Source of the DNA: Desulfobacterales bacterium
Lineage (GTDB): Bacteria; Desulfobacterota; Desulfobacteria; Desulfobacterales; JAEINQ01
Length of the DNA: 64,000 nt
Reading direction: 5' to 3'
Assembly (NCBI GenBank): GCA_016342285.1
Contig: JAEINQ010000030.1
Coordinates: 4,490-68,489 of the forward strand
This document shows positions 9,054 through 18,114 of this stretch, one piece after another. A program made the translations under genes and the position numbers. The notes beneath the pieces are model-generated. The model did no database searches and was not told the origin of the DNA. It was given only the letters and a program-made list of their open reading frames with translations. Position 1 is the first letter of the stretch; each line of letters begins with the position of its first letter.

Positions 9054-9418
9054 CGCCAGTGCCCCGGCCGGTTGGGCTCCGCGGCCACGGTCACATCACC
9101 GGCATTGTACTTGTCCAGGGCCTCACGAACCGTCAAATTTTCCATATTCTGGCTCACACTGATTTTGGCGGCCGACAAGGCCTGAAAGGCTTTAGGTCCC
9201 ACAAAGCCGGTCAGCACCACGGAGGCGCCGGAATTGGCGACAATCTCCGCTGCCTGAATACCCGCCCCCTGGCTCATGACCTGGGTCGAACCATTGTCAA
9301 GAAATTCAAAGGCAAGGGTTTTCGGATCCACGACGAGAAATCCCGCCGCACGGCCAAACCGCGGATCGACCCGGGCGTCGAGGCTCGGACCTTCACAACT
9401 CACTGCTATTTTTTCCAT
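9050..9418 (-). CDS. Orange protein (ORP)-like NifB/NifX-family protein
   Basis: IAVSCEGPSLDARVDPRFGRAAGFLVVD...GAGIQAA...TGFVGPKAFQAL closely matches Desulfovibrio orange protein as I recall it. Confidence 0.85.
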   Translation of the reverse strand: MEKIAVSCEGPSLDARVDPRFGRAAGFLVVDPKTLAFEFLDNGSTQVMSQGAGIQAAEIVANSGASVVLTGFVGPKAFQALSAAKISVSQNMENLTVREALDKYNAGDVTVAAEPNRPGHWR

Positions 9419-9476
9419 ATCGGGCTCCTTGGATTGGGGTGGCGTCAAAGCCAGCACTGACAGTGGACGCCCCCGT

Positions 9477-9524
9477 TACGAGCATATGCTCGTAGAAAAT
9501 AGGCGTCACCACTCTCCCTGTCAA
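9477..9524 (-). promoter_or_regulatory. Promoter with perfect 18-bp palindromic operator TACGAGCATATGCTCGTA
   Basis: TTGACA on the minus strand (9524-9519), 17-nt spacer, TATTTT; palindrome at 9477-9494. Confidence 0.7.
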
Positions 9525-9757
9525 GGCTATTTTTGAGTTCATACCCACTAAAAACTTGCCGCGCACCCCCATTAATTTACAACATATCGTTATTACGGAA
9601 TTTTTTGGTTTTCATACGCTGGAAAGAAATCAGGTCCCATAAAAAAGGGCCATGTTTTGACCCGGCGTAAGATAAATCCCTAAGAAAATGGAATGCACCC
9701 ATATATACCCCCGTGGCGCTTATTGTGGAATCGTCGATTCTTTGCCCATGTTCAATA

Positions 9758-9895
9758 TTGATAGCCCCGTAAAAAGTCGAAAACCGTCCTTTTTTCGTCT
9801 TTCCCGCGAAGGCGGGAATCCAGTCATTTCAAATGGTTCTGGATGCCTGCCTTCGCAGGCATGACGGGATCTCGGACTTTTTACGAACGCATCAA
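9758..9895. mobile_element. MITE-like element (same TIR family as 7122) carrying a REP-like double hairpin
   Basis: Ends TTGATAGCCCCGTAAAAAGTC and GACTTTTTACGAACGCATCAA, with TA on both sides. Inner hairpins TTCCCGCGAAGGCGGGAATCC and GGATGCCTGCCTTCGCAGGCATGAC. Confidence 0.8.
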
Positions 9896-9989
9896 TATTG
9901 CCCTTTCCGATTGCACAGCCTCATGTTGGATGTTAAGACGGCAAAAGCCATTCCCATGGGGCGAATGGACGCTGGCATGAAAAGAAACG

Positions 9990-10058
9990 GAACCACGAAT
10001 GGACACCAATGCACACCAATGAAAAATATTCGTGTTTATTGGTGTCCATTCGTGGTTC
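9990..10058. repeat. ACCAC/GTGGT-type palindrome with perfect 21-bp arms
   Basis: GAACCACGAATGGACACCAAT ... ATTGGTGTCCATTCGTGGTTC. Confidence 0.9.
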
Positions 10059-10105
10059 AAAATAGAAAGCGTTAACCCCAAAAAAGGGGCAATAAGGATT
10101 AAATT

Positions 10106-10480
10106 TTGAACTCAATGGATCAGGTCTTAACGAAAATGGATTTCGAGTTTTTTGGCTCCGGAGAGCATGGCATGAGTATCGAAGGCATGCGCAAAGCGCT
10201 GGGAAACGATCACGTTGTCTTTTTAGACGTTCGCTCTGACAAGGAGATCGAATACCTGTCTTTCCCTTTTGCACTTCACATTCCATTAAACAAACTGCCT
10301 GCACGCCTGGGAGAATTGCCAAAGGACAAACTCATTGTCGCCTTCTGCTCATCGGTTTTCCGCGGGGCCATTGCCTATACCTACCTTCGGGCCAACGGTT
10401 TTGATGAGGTTAAAGGGCTAACCGCGTCTTTTGAAGAGATGGTCATGGCATTCAAGCCGGGTCCGCTGGCTAAGCTATAG
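10106..10480 (+). CDS. Rhodanese-like domain protein
   Basis: FLDVRS, HIPL, active-site loop CSSVFRG. Confidence 0.85.
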   Translation: MNSMDQVLTKMDFEFFGSGEHGMSIEGMRKALGNDHVVFLDVRSDKEIEYLSFPFALHIPLNKLPARLGELPKDKLIVAFCSSVFRGAIAYTYLRANGFDEVKGLTASFEEMVMAFKPGPLAKL

Positions 10481-10616
10481 ATAATCATGCATAAGTTGTT
10501 TTTTTCACCATGTAGGTCATGTAGCACATGAAGGATTCCGATAATATCGGCATATTGTCTATTGTATGCGATTTATGCGCTTCATGGTAAATGGCAACTT
10601 TTTGCGAATCCATCAA
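10478..10616. mobile_element. Degenerate MITE-like element (TIR family of 7122/9758) carrying an ACCATG/CATGGT palindrome
   Basis: Right end CAACTTTTTGCGAATCCATCAA; degenerate left end TAGATAATCATGCATAAGTTG; inner arms at 10507-10588. Confidence 0.55.
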
Positions 10617-10696
10617 AATCTAACGCTCCAATCCGCGCCGCTGCCGGGACAACCGAAACAGCACAGCAAATTTTCTCACAATCCCGGACATATCAT

Positions 10697-11446
10697 ATGG
10701 ACGCCATTACCCTGATCATCAGTCTCCTCTCCTTCGGTCTGAGTTTCATCTTTGCTCTCGGCGGCGTGGGTTCGGCCGTGGTTCTCATTCCAACCCTGTC
10801 CTGGCTGGGCGTACCCTTCAACCTGGCCCGCCCGACGGGGCTCTTTGTCAATTGCGTAAGCATGCTGGGCGCCACCTATTCCAACATCAGGGAAAAACGC
10901 CTGGATGTCCGCCTGGGGCTTCCCATCATCGTCTCATCCATCCTTCTGGCGCCGGTGGGAGCCTGGGTGGGCCACCTCATCCCGACCCGATTCCTGCTTC
11001 TGGCCTTTATCGCCTTCCTGTGTTTTTCCGGCTCCATGATGCTCTTTTTCAAAAGCTCGAAATATGCGGATCAGTATCGCAAAGACCGGCCGGTGGCCGG
11101 CCCGCTGCTGGTGGGGGTCGTAGCGGGCTTCATTTCCGGCCTGCTGGGGGTTGGCGGCGGGGGCGTCATCTCGCCGCTCATGATCCTGCAGGGTTTCAAC
11201 CCCAAGAAAGTGGCCACGGTCACGGCCTTTTCCGTCCCCTTCTCTTCATTTTCCGCGTTTATTGCATACGCTGCCATGGGCTCGGTTTCAGGCAAAATTC
11301 TCATCTTTGCCGGATTGGCGGCGTGGGGCGGCGGATACCTGGGGACCCGGGTGATGCAAAAAAAAATGCGCCCCCAAACCGTCAAACGGATGTTGGGCGG
11401 CGTTTTGCTTCTGATCGCAATAAAGCTGGCCTGGCCATTGATGTAA
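10697..11446 (+). CDS. Sulfite exporter TauE/SafE-family membrane protein
   Basis: GGVGSAVVLIP and GLLGVGGGGVISP repeats; about 8 TM segments. Confidence 0.9.
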   Translation: MDAITLIISLLSFGLSFIFALGGVGSAVVLIPTLSWLGVPFNLARPTGLFVNCVSMLGATYSNIREKRLDVRLGLPIIVSSILLAPVGAWVGHLIPTRFLLLAFIAFLCFSGSMMLFFKSSKYADQYRKDRPVAGPLLVGVVAGFISGLLGVGGGGVISPLMILQGFNPKKVATVTAFSVPFSSFSAFIAYAAMGSVSGKILIFAGLAAWGGGYLGTRVMQKKMRPQTVKRMLGGVLLLIAIKLAWPLM

Positions 11447-11571
11447 TCATCAGCCTGGTCATCGCGGGCTAAAAGACGACTTCGGTTTTCCTGGGACGGC
11501 TCATGGAATTCATAACGATCCTGAACAGTCGAATCGTTCCATAAATACTAAACGTTACAAGGAGCATCACC

Positions 11572-12378
11572 GTGAATTTTGACACCGTAAAACTGGCCTA
11601 TTTCTCTCCCACCGGCACCACCCGAAAAATCCTCAATGGAATTGCCGAGGGCTTTGGGGCCGAAAACGTCCGACAAATCGACTTGACATTGCCCCAGATG
11701 GATACACTGGTGTCAAATGAAGTCCGGGATGATTTGGTGGTTTTAGGCGTTCCGGTTTACGAAGGCAGGGTCTCCAGGACGGCCATTGCCAGACTGAAAC
11801 GGCTCAAGGCCGATCATACCCCGGCAGTCATTGTCGTGGTGTATGGCAACAGGGACTTTGAAGATGCGTTGATTGAACTCAACGATCTGGCCCGGGAATC
11901 GGGCTTTCTGCCCGTGGGGGCAGGGGCCTTTATCGGGGAGCATTCCTTTGCCAACGAAAACCGGCCCATGGCCAACGGCCGGCCCGATGCCGAGGATATC
12001 GCGGCGGCGAAAGCCTTTGGATCGAAGATCCGCGCCAAAATGAACGACCTGGTTTCGATTGATGAAATGTCCTTGATCGAACCGCCCGGGAACCGGCCCT
12101 ACATCGACCGCGACCGAAGCGCAATGGAAGACAAGGCCGCCTCGACCATGGATGAAAAGTGTACCCTCTGCGGCGAATGCGCCTCCCTTTGCCCCGTGGG
12201 CGCCATCACCATCGAGGATACGGTGAAGACGGACAACATGGCCTGTATTTTGTGCAATGCCTGCGTCAAACACTGCCCGGAGGGGGCCCGGGTGGTGGAC
12301 GATCCCATGATCAACAAGATCGTCAACTGGGTAAGCAAAAACTTTCAGGCTCGAAGGGAACCCGAAACATTTATTTAA
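11572..12378 (+). CDS. Flavodoxin-ferredoxin fusion (EFR1-type 4Fe-4S protein)
   Basis: YFSPTGTT, VYGNRDFEDAL, CTLCGECASLCP, CILCNACVKHCP. Confidence 0.9.
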   Translation: MNFDTVKLAYFSPTGTTRKILNGIAEGFGAENVRQIDLTLPQMDTLVSNEVRDDLVVLGVPVYEGRVSRTAIARLKRLKADHTPAVIVVVYGNRDFEDALIELNDLARESGFLPVGAGAFIGEHSFANENRPMANGRPDAEDIAAAKAFGSKIRAKMNDLVSIDEMSLIEPPGNRPYIDRDRSAMEDKAASTMDEKCTLCGECASLCPVGAITIEDTVKTDNMACILCNACVKHCPEGARVVDDPMINKIVNWVSKNFQARREPETFI

Positions 12379-12387
12379 AGAATCGAT

Positions 12388-12588
12388 ATGAATGACACCC
12401 TTGAAAACCTTTCACCGCTGGGATGGAACTCTCATTTTCAGACACAATGGGACGATGATGGCAGGATCGAGGCCGCTTTTCCGGAAATTGAGGCGTTTTC
12501 CGCTGACGAAACCAAGTGCAAACAGGTCGGAATTTGTGCGGCCTTGCAAACCCGGTTACGAAGACAGGGCGATAGATGCGGCATATAG
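12388..12588 (+). pseudogene. rsgA: Internally deleted rsgA remnant
   Basis: LSPLGWNSHFQ (long-form RsgA N-terminus) joined directly to WDDDGRIEAAFPEIEAF (the segment preceding the RsgA zinc finger). The GTPase core is absent. Confidence 0.6.
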
Positions 12589-12641
12589 GACTTGCCCCAT
12601 CTCCGTATCATGTCGAAATCCCGGGATTTTCTTGATAGCCG

Positions 12642-13217
12642 CTACCAGGCCTCGGTAAATATCTCGAAAAAACCAATGGGCCGGACGCAGGCAGGGCATT
12701 TTTCAGGGGCATCTGCCCCCTTATGGATATAGCCACAGTTGTTGCAGCGCCAAACCCGTTCTTCATCTCTTTTGAATACCCGACCGGTTTCAAGGTTGTC
12801 TGCAAGGGCCAAAAACGTTTTTTCATGCTGCGCTTCCGCCACTGAGATGGCATCCCAAAAATCAGCGGCCCGGTTAAACCCTTCCTCGCGGCCCATTTTT
12901 GCAAATCCAGGATATAAGTCGGTATGGACGTGTTTTTCCAGATCGGCCGCAGCGATTAGGTTCTCGTAGGTGGATTTCACCACACCGGTTAGAAACCGGG
13001 CAGTGATTTCTAAATCCCCCCCGTTAAAGAACTTGAAAAACCGCAAAGCGTGTTCCAATTCCTGGTCCGAGACCTCTTTAAATATGTTGGAAATCTGGAT
13101 AAAGCCGTCTTCTTTCGCTTTGTTGGAGAAAAAGATATACCGCGTTGTTGCCTGTGATTCGAAGGCATAGGAAACAAGTAGGTTCTTTGCCGTTTGGCTT
13201 TCTCTGAATTTTCCCAC
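12642..13217 (-). CDS. rbr: Rubrerythrin
   Basis: ESQATTRY, QELEHA, EAQHEK; C-terminal WRCNNCGY...CPAC. Confidence 0.95.
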   Translation of the reverse strand: MGKFRESQTAKNLLVSYAFESQATTRYIFFSNKAKEDGFIQISNIFKEVSDQELEHALRFFKFFNGGDLEITARFLTGVVKSTYENLIAAADLEKHVHTDLYPGFAKMGREEGFNRAADFWDAISVAEAQHEKTFLALADNLETGRVFKRDEERVWRCNNCGYIHKGADAPEKCPACVRPIGFFEIFTEAW

Positions 13218-13276
13218 TCTGGTACCCCCCTCTCTATACGGATATACTGCTACCTAAATTGAGCTCAACTCAGGTT

Positions 13277-13381
13277 CTAGTGGCCGTCCTCAATGATCTC
13301 GATGGCGTCGGCACCGCACTCAGCTGCGGCACGGCGGCAGATTTCCTTGTATTGGTCTGGTATTTTCTCATACTTGACCAA
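13277..13381 (-). pseudogene. C-terminal half of a small ferredoxin, 5'-truncated
   Basis: Manual translation VKYEKIPDQYKEICRRAAAECGADAIEIIEDGH*; in-frame TGA just upstream; no N-terminal CxxCxxC half. Confidence 0.6.
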
Positions 13382-13417
13382 TGTTCAAAATCCATATGAT
13401 TCCAGAACATTAGTGAA

Positions 13418-13621
13418 TGGCAAACAGTCCGCAGTCCCTCCGCTTGGCCACCTTGCCGATGGTTATTCGCGACATTCCTCATGTAGTGCCGAGTTCCGCC
13501 CCCTCGGTTCATGGTTGCGCTCGTCTATTCTTCTGGAGTATCATGAAATCCTATCCCGAATGGTCTCTGATCACTGCTGGCCTGTACCTGACGCTGTTAC
13601 GAATACCGTTGGAATCCTTGA
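13418..13621. repeat. 204-bp non-coding direct repeat, copy 1
   Basis: First 65 nt identical to 15272-15336; the remainder aligns with substitutions and two 1-nt indels. Confidence 0.95.
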
Positions 13622-13686
13622 CAATTCAAAAACGCCATTGATTCAAACAAAATAAAGCCACGTTTTGATGCGGAGAGAAGAACGTT

Positions 13687-15105
13687 ATGGTAACGACTCT
13701 AACAGATCAGATATTCGAAAATATCGTAGAGACAATACATGAACCCCTTTTGGTTCTGGATTCAGATCTGAAGGTTATCATAGCAAACCGAAGTTTCATT
13801 AATTCATTCAAGGTAACACGGGAAAAAACTTTAGGCAATTTTATCTATGACCTGGGCAATAAACAGTGGGATATCCCCAAGCTGCGGGAACTGCTGGAAA
13901 CCATCCTTCCCCAACAGACCAGCTTTGACAACTATGAGGTTGAACACGATTTTGCCACCATCGGCAAACGCGTCATGCTGTTGAATGCCCGCCAGATTGA
14001 ACGAGGGATGGACAAGGAACGGATCATTCTTTTGGCCATTGAGGACATCACCAAGCGCAAGGAGATAGAAGCCGGTCTGGAAAAGACCCGAAAAGAACTG
14101 GCGATCATTAAAAAAACCGCGGATGAAGCCCATGAATTCGCTGAGAGTATCATCAACACGGTGAGCGAATCCTTAATTTCCTTGGACCAGGACCTCAGGG
14201 TGGTCACCGTCAGCCGTTCATTCTATGACTTGTTCAAGGTAAAACCTGAAGAGACCGTGGGGCAGCTTATTTATGACCTGGGCAATAAACAGTGGGATAT
14301 CCCCAAGCTGCGGGAATTGCTGGAAACCATCCTTCCCGAAAAGACCGCCTTTGACAACTATGAGGTTGAACACGATTTTGCCGCCATCGGCAGGCGCGTC
14401 ATGCTGTTGAATGCCCGCCAGATTGAGCAAACGTGGGGCAAGGAACGGATCATCCTGCTGGCCATAGAGGACATTACCGAGCGCAAGCAGGCGGATCAGG
14501 CACTGCAAGATAGCGAAGCAAAATTCCGGAATCTATTTCAAAATCATTCCGCCGCCAAACTAATAATTGACCCCGATACTGGAAATATTGTTGAAGCCAA
14601 TAGATCGGCTGAAATATTTTATGGGTGGTCGGTGGAGCAACTCAAAGAAATGCGAATTCAGGACATCAACACGTTATCGAACGAACAGGTGAAAGCGGAG
14701 ATGGAAAAGGCCAGACTTCTGGAACGTACTTATTTCGAATTTCGCCACCGGTTGTCCGATGGATCCTTTAAGGAAGTGGGTGTATACAGCTGCAAAGTTG
14801 ACATCAAGAGAAAGGCTCTGCTCCATTCCATCATTCATGATATTAGCAAGCGCAAGCGGACAGAAGAACAAAAGGACAGGTTAGTTTCGGACCTTCAAAA
14901 GGCACTATCAGAGGTTAAAACGTTGCGGGGTTTTCTTCCCATTTGCTCAAATTGCAAAAAAATCCGTGATGATAAAGGCTATTGGAATCAGATTGAATCC
15001 TACATTCGAGATCGCTCTGACGCTGAATTCAGTCACGGCATTTGTCCTGAATGCGCGAAAAAATTGTACCCTGATATGAACCTGTATGAAGAAGATGCCA
15101 AGTAA
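13687..15105 (+). CDS. Triple-PAS protein with C-terminal Cys/His (LPICxxCKKIRD...SHGICPEC) domain
   Basis: Two near-identical PAS domains (LGNKQWDIPKLRELLE) offset by 426 nt; no kinase or other recognised output domain. Confidence 0.85.
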   Translation: MVTTLTDQIFENIVETIHEPLLVLDSDLKVIIANRSFINSFKVTREKTLGNFIYDLGNKQWDIPKLRELLETILPQQTSFDNYEVEHDFATIGKRVMLLNARQIERGMDKERIILLAIEDITKRKEIEAGLEKTRKELAIIKKTADEAHEFAESIINTVSESLISLDQDLRVVTVSRSFYDLFKVKPEETVGQLIYDLGNKQWDIPKLRELLETILPEKTAFDNYEVEHDFAAIGRRVMLLNARQIEQTWGKERIILLAIEDITERKQADQALQDSEAKFRNLFQNHSAAKLIIDPDTGNIVEANRSAEIFYGWSVEQLKEMRIQDINTLSNEQVKAEMEKARLLERTYFEFRHRLSDGSFKEVGVYSCKVDIKRKALLHSIIHDISKRKRTEEQKDRLVSDLQKALSEVKTLRGFLPICSNCKKIRDDKGYWNQIESYIRDRSDAEFSHGICPECAKKLYPDMNLYEEDAK

Positions 15106-15271
15106 GGATTTTCGATGCATATTTAGATAATTTGGAGCTTAAACAATAATTATCCTATGCGCAACCACCGTTGACCCCGGACAGATCAAACATACCAATC
15201 CAATCCTTGACTGTTCAATACGGTTATTTTCGACAGTCATTCCTCAGGCATAATCTTTTCAAATGCGGGAC

Positions 15272-15475
15272 TGGCAAACAGTCCGCAGTCCCTCCGCTTG
15301 GCCACCTTGCCGATGGTTATTCGCGACATTCCTCATCTAGTACCGAATTCTGACCCTCGGTTAATGGTTGTGCTCGTCTATCCTTCTGGAGTATCCTGAA
15401 ATATCCTCTCGAACTGGTCTCTGTTCGCCCTTGGTCTCGACATGACGCTGTTACGAATACCACTGGAATCCTTGA
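15272..15475. repeat. 204-bp non-coding direct repeat, copy 2
   Basis: See copy 1 at 13418-13621. Confidence 0.95.
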
Positions 15476-15545
15476 ACCTTGCAGCACTCAAGGATAATGC
15501 AAATAATCATGACTCGAAAAGATTGAGAAGGTAGGGGCAAAATCC

Positions 15546-17945
15546 ATGTCTGGAAAACCTACGTATGAAGAATTAGAACAACGGGTTCGGGAATTAGAAC
15601 AAGCAGAATCAGAGCGAAAAGAGGTTGAGGATACGCTGCGGGAGAGCGAGAGTAGATTGCGAGAAGCCCAGCGATTGGCTCACATGGGAAACTGGTCTTG
15701 GGACGTCAATTCAGGTAAAGTGGAATGGTCCAACGAAGTGTTCAAAATTTTCCGACTTGACCCGAAAGTGTTCACACCTCAGATTGATTCAATTCTGGAT
15801 TTGTCGCCCTGGCCTGAGGATCACCAACGCGACAAGGAACTCATCCAGAAAGCAGTCGAAAGTCGTGAAGTCGGTTCCTATGAACAGAGGTTCCTCCGGC
15901 CCGATGGCAGTACCGGATACTACTTCTCAAGCTTTCAGGGGATCTACGATGACAACGGAAAACTCACTGCAATAAACGGAGTGGTGCAAGACATCACCGA
16001 ACGCAAGCAAGCGGAGGAAGAAATTAGGTCAGCTACGTCATTTATCGATAGGGTTGTCGATATGAGCCCTTTCGCCATGTGGATTTCCGATCGAGAAGGA
16101 ACGGTCATAAGGACAAACAGCTCTCTGCGCGAAACATTAAATATGTCGGATGATAAGATTGTGGGCCAATACAATGTACTCAAGGATGAAAATCTGGAGA
16201 CACAGGGTGTTATGCCCATGGTGATGGCTGTTTTCGAGAATCACGAGCCCGCGAATTTCAGTATTCCATGGAAAGCATCAACGGCTGGTGATGTCAATTT
16301 TGATGGCGCACGAGATCTGTACATCGATGTGTCAATATTTCCGATAGTTAGTGCAGAGGGTGAACTTACGAATGCAGTATGTCAGTGGGTGGACATCACC
16401 GAACACAAGAAAAACGAAGAATCCCTCCGTGAGAGTCACGAGAAATTTAAATCAATCGTCGACAACATTGGAATAGGGGTAGCATTGATCAGCCCGGCTA
16501 TGGAAATACTCGAAATGAATCATCAAATGCGCGAGTGGTTTACGGAACATGATCTGGACAAAAGACCAATTTGTTACCGTACTTTTAACAATCCACCACG
16601 TGAAGAAATCTGTGAATACTGCCCGACTTGCAAGACGCTTAAAGACGGCAAAGTTCACGAAGACACAACTGCCAGGCCACAGGCAGACAAAACGCGGAAT
16701 TATCGCATTGTTTCTTCACCTCTAATCAATCCACAAGGAGAAGTGACAGCAGCCATCGAAATGGTTGAGGATATTACCGAGCGTCTGAACCTGCAAGCAC
16801 AGCTTATACAGGCGCAAAAAATGGAGTCCGTGGGCCTATTGGCTGGCGGTATTGCACACGACTACAACAATATCTCCAGTGTCATCATCGGTTATTCGGA
16901 GTTGGCTCTGGAAAAGGTGGACCAGAATGATCCTCTACATGACGATCTCATAGCGATTCTTACGGCTGCGAATCGTTCGACGAACATTACCCGGCAATTA
17001 CTGGCTTTTGCTCGCCAACAAACCATTGCACCCAAGGTGCTCGATCTAAACGGTACTATAGAAACGATGCTCAAAATGCTCCGGCGGCTGATAGGCGAGG
17101 ACATCAATCTTGCCTGGCGACCTGGAGTGGAGGTGTGGCCGGTCAAAATTGATCCCTCCCAGGTCGATCAAATTCTGGCCAACCTCTGCGTGAACGCCCG
17201 AGACGCTATTGCGGGGGTAGGTAAAATTACCATCGAAACCGGAAATGTCAGCTTCGACGAGAACTACTGCGCTGATCATGCCGGGTTTGTTCCCGGTGAG
17301 TATGTATTGTTAGCGGTAAGTGACGATGGTAGCGGAATCGCGCCGGAAACCCTGGACAAGATTTTCGAACCGTTTTTCACTACAAAGGAATTCGGCCATG
17401 GGACAGGGCTGGGGCTGGCCACCGTTTATGGCATTGTCAAGCAGAACAACGGCTTTATCAACATATACAGTGAGCCGGATGAAGGGACAACAATCAAAAT
17501 ATATTTGTCACGGCATTCAGGGGATATCGAAGCCCTTCATAAAAGTACCTTAGAAAACCCAATAAGTCGAGGCGAAACAGTATTGCTGGTTGAAGATGAT
17601 CGTTCCATCATGGAACTCGGGACAAGAATGCTCAACGATCTGGGTTATTCAGTGTTGTCCGCAACTATTCCGGGTGAGGCCATTCGCTTGGCCAAAGAGC
17701 ATGCTGGCGAAATTAACCTTCTGGTAACGGATGTGGTTTTGCCCGAAATGAATGGCCGCGAACTCTCTGAGCAACTGAAAATCCCTTGTCCTAATCTTAA
17801 AATACTTTTCATGTCCGGCTATACGGCCAACGTCATTGCCCATCGGGGAGTGCTGGAAGATGGCGTTTGTTTCATGCCGAAACCGTTTTCCAAAAAAGAT
17901 CTGGCTGCAAAGGTTAGAGAGGCCTTGGATAATGACAACGGCTGA
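15546..17945 (+). CDS. Cytoplasmic PAS hybrid sensor histidine kinase (PASx3-HisKA-HATPase-REC)
   Basis: [33 protein letters not shown]. Confidence 0.95.
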   Translation: MSGKPTYEELEQRVRELEQAESERKEVEDTLRESESRLREAQRLAHMGNWSWDVNSGKVEWSNEVFKIFRLDPKVFTPQIDSILDLSPWPEDHQRDKELIQKAVESREVGSYEQRFLRPDGSTGYYFSSFQGIYDDNGKLTAINGVVQDITERKQAEEEIRSATSFIDRVVDMSPFAMWISDREGTVIRTNSSLRETLNMSDDKIVGQYNVLKDENLETQGVMPMVMAVFENHEPANFSIPWKASTAGDVNFDGARDLYIDVSIFPIVSAEGELTNAVCQWVDITEHKKNEESLRESHEKFKSIVDNIGIGVALISPAMEILEMNHQMREWFTEHDLDKRPICYRTFNNPPREEICEYCPTCKTLKDGKVHEDTTARPQADKTRNYRIVSSPLINPQGEVTAAIEMVEDITERLNLQAQLIQAQKMESVGLLAGGIAHDYNNISSVIIGYSELALEKVDQNDPLHDDLIAILTAANRSTNITRQLLAFARQQTIAPKVLDLNGTIETMLKMLRRLIGEDINLAWRPGVEVWPVKIDPSQVDQILANLCVNARDAIAGVGKITIETGNVSFDENYCADHAGFVPGEYVLLAVSDDGSGIAPETLDKIFEPFFTTKEFGHGTGLGLATVYGIVKQNNGFINIYSEPDEGTTIKIYLSRHSGDIEALHKSTLENPISRGETVLLVEDDRSIMELGTRMLNDLGYSVLSATIPGEAIRLAKEHAGEINLLVTDVVLPEMNGRELSEQLKIPCPNLKILFMSGYTANVIAHRGVLEDGVCFMPKPFSKKDLAAKVREALDNDNG

Positions 17946-18065
17946 TTGAGGACAATTATCCGAACGTTGAGTATTCACGGATCGGAATTTTTAAGGATAC
18001 AGGAGGATAAAGGGGGTGTTCTTGAGTTCAGCCTGAAAGACGTCGTGATCGATACTCGTAGGAGG

Positions 18066-18105
18066 GGGCTTGAATTAGGGACGCACTTCAGGAATATTCA
18101 AGCCC
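18066..18105. terminator. Hairpin between convergent genes (possible terminator)
   Basis: GGGCTTGAAT ... ATTCAAGCCC. Confidence 0.4.
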
Positions 18106-18114
18106 GGCTGGCCG

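Noticed and set aside
6681-9418. Nitrogen fixation genes
   Set aside because: The NifX-like and ATPase genes are ORP-type; nifHDK are absent.
13418-13460. tRNA-like look of the minus strand (GGCAAGGTGGCCAAGCGG...GCGGACTGT)
   Set aside because: The D-stem does not pair, and there is no anticodon 3' arm, T-loop or acceptor partner.
13846-14478. DGR template/variable repeat pair
   Set aside because: Both copies are in frame within one gene, differences are not confined to adenines, and there is no reverse transcriptase.
13418-15475. 204-bp repeat as a c-di-GMP riboswitch, attC site or CRISPR repeat
   Set aside because: It lacks the GAAA/GCAAAG pattern after GGCAAAC and the RYYYAAC/GTTRRRY ends, and it is too long with only two copies.
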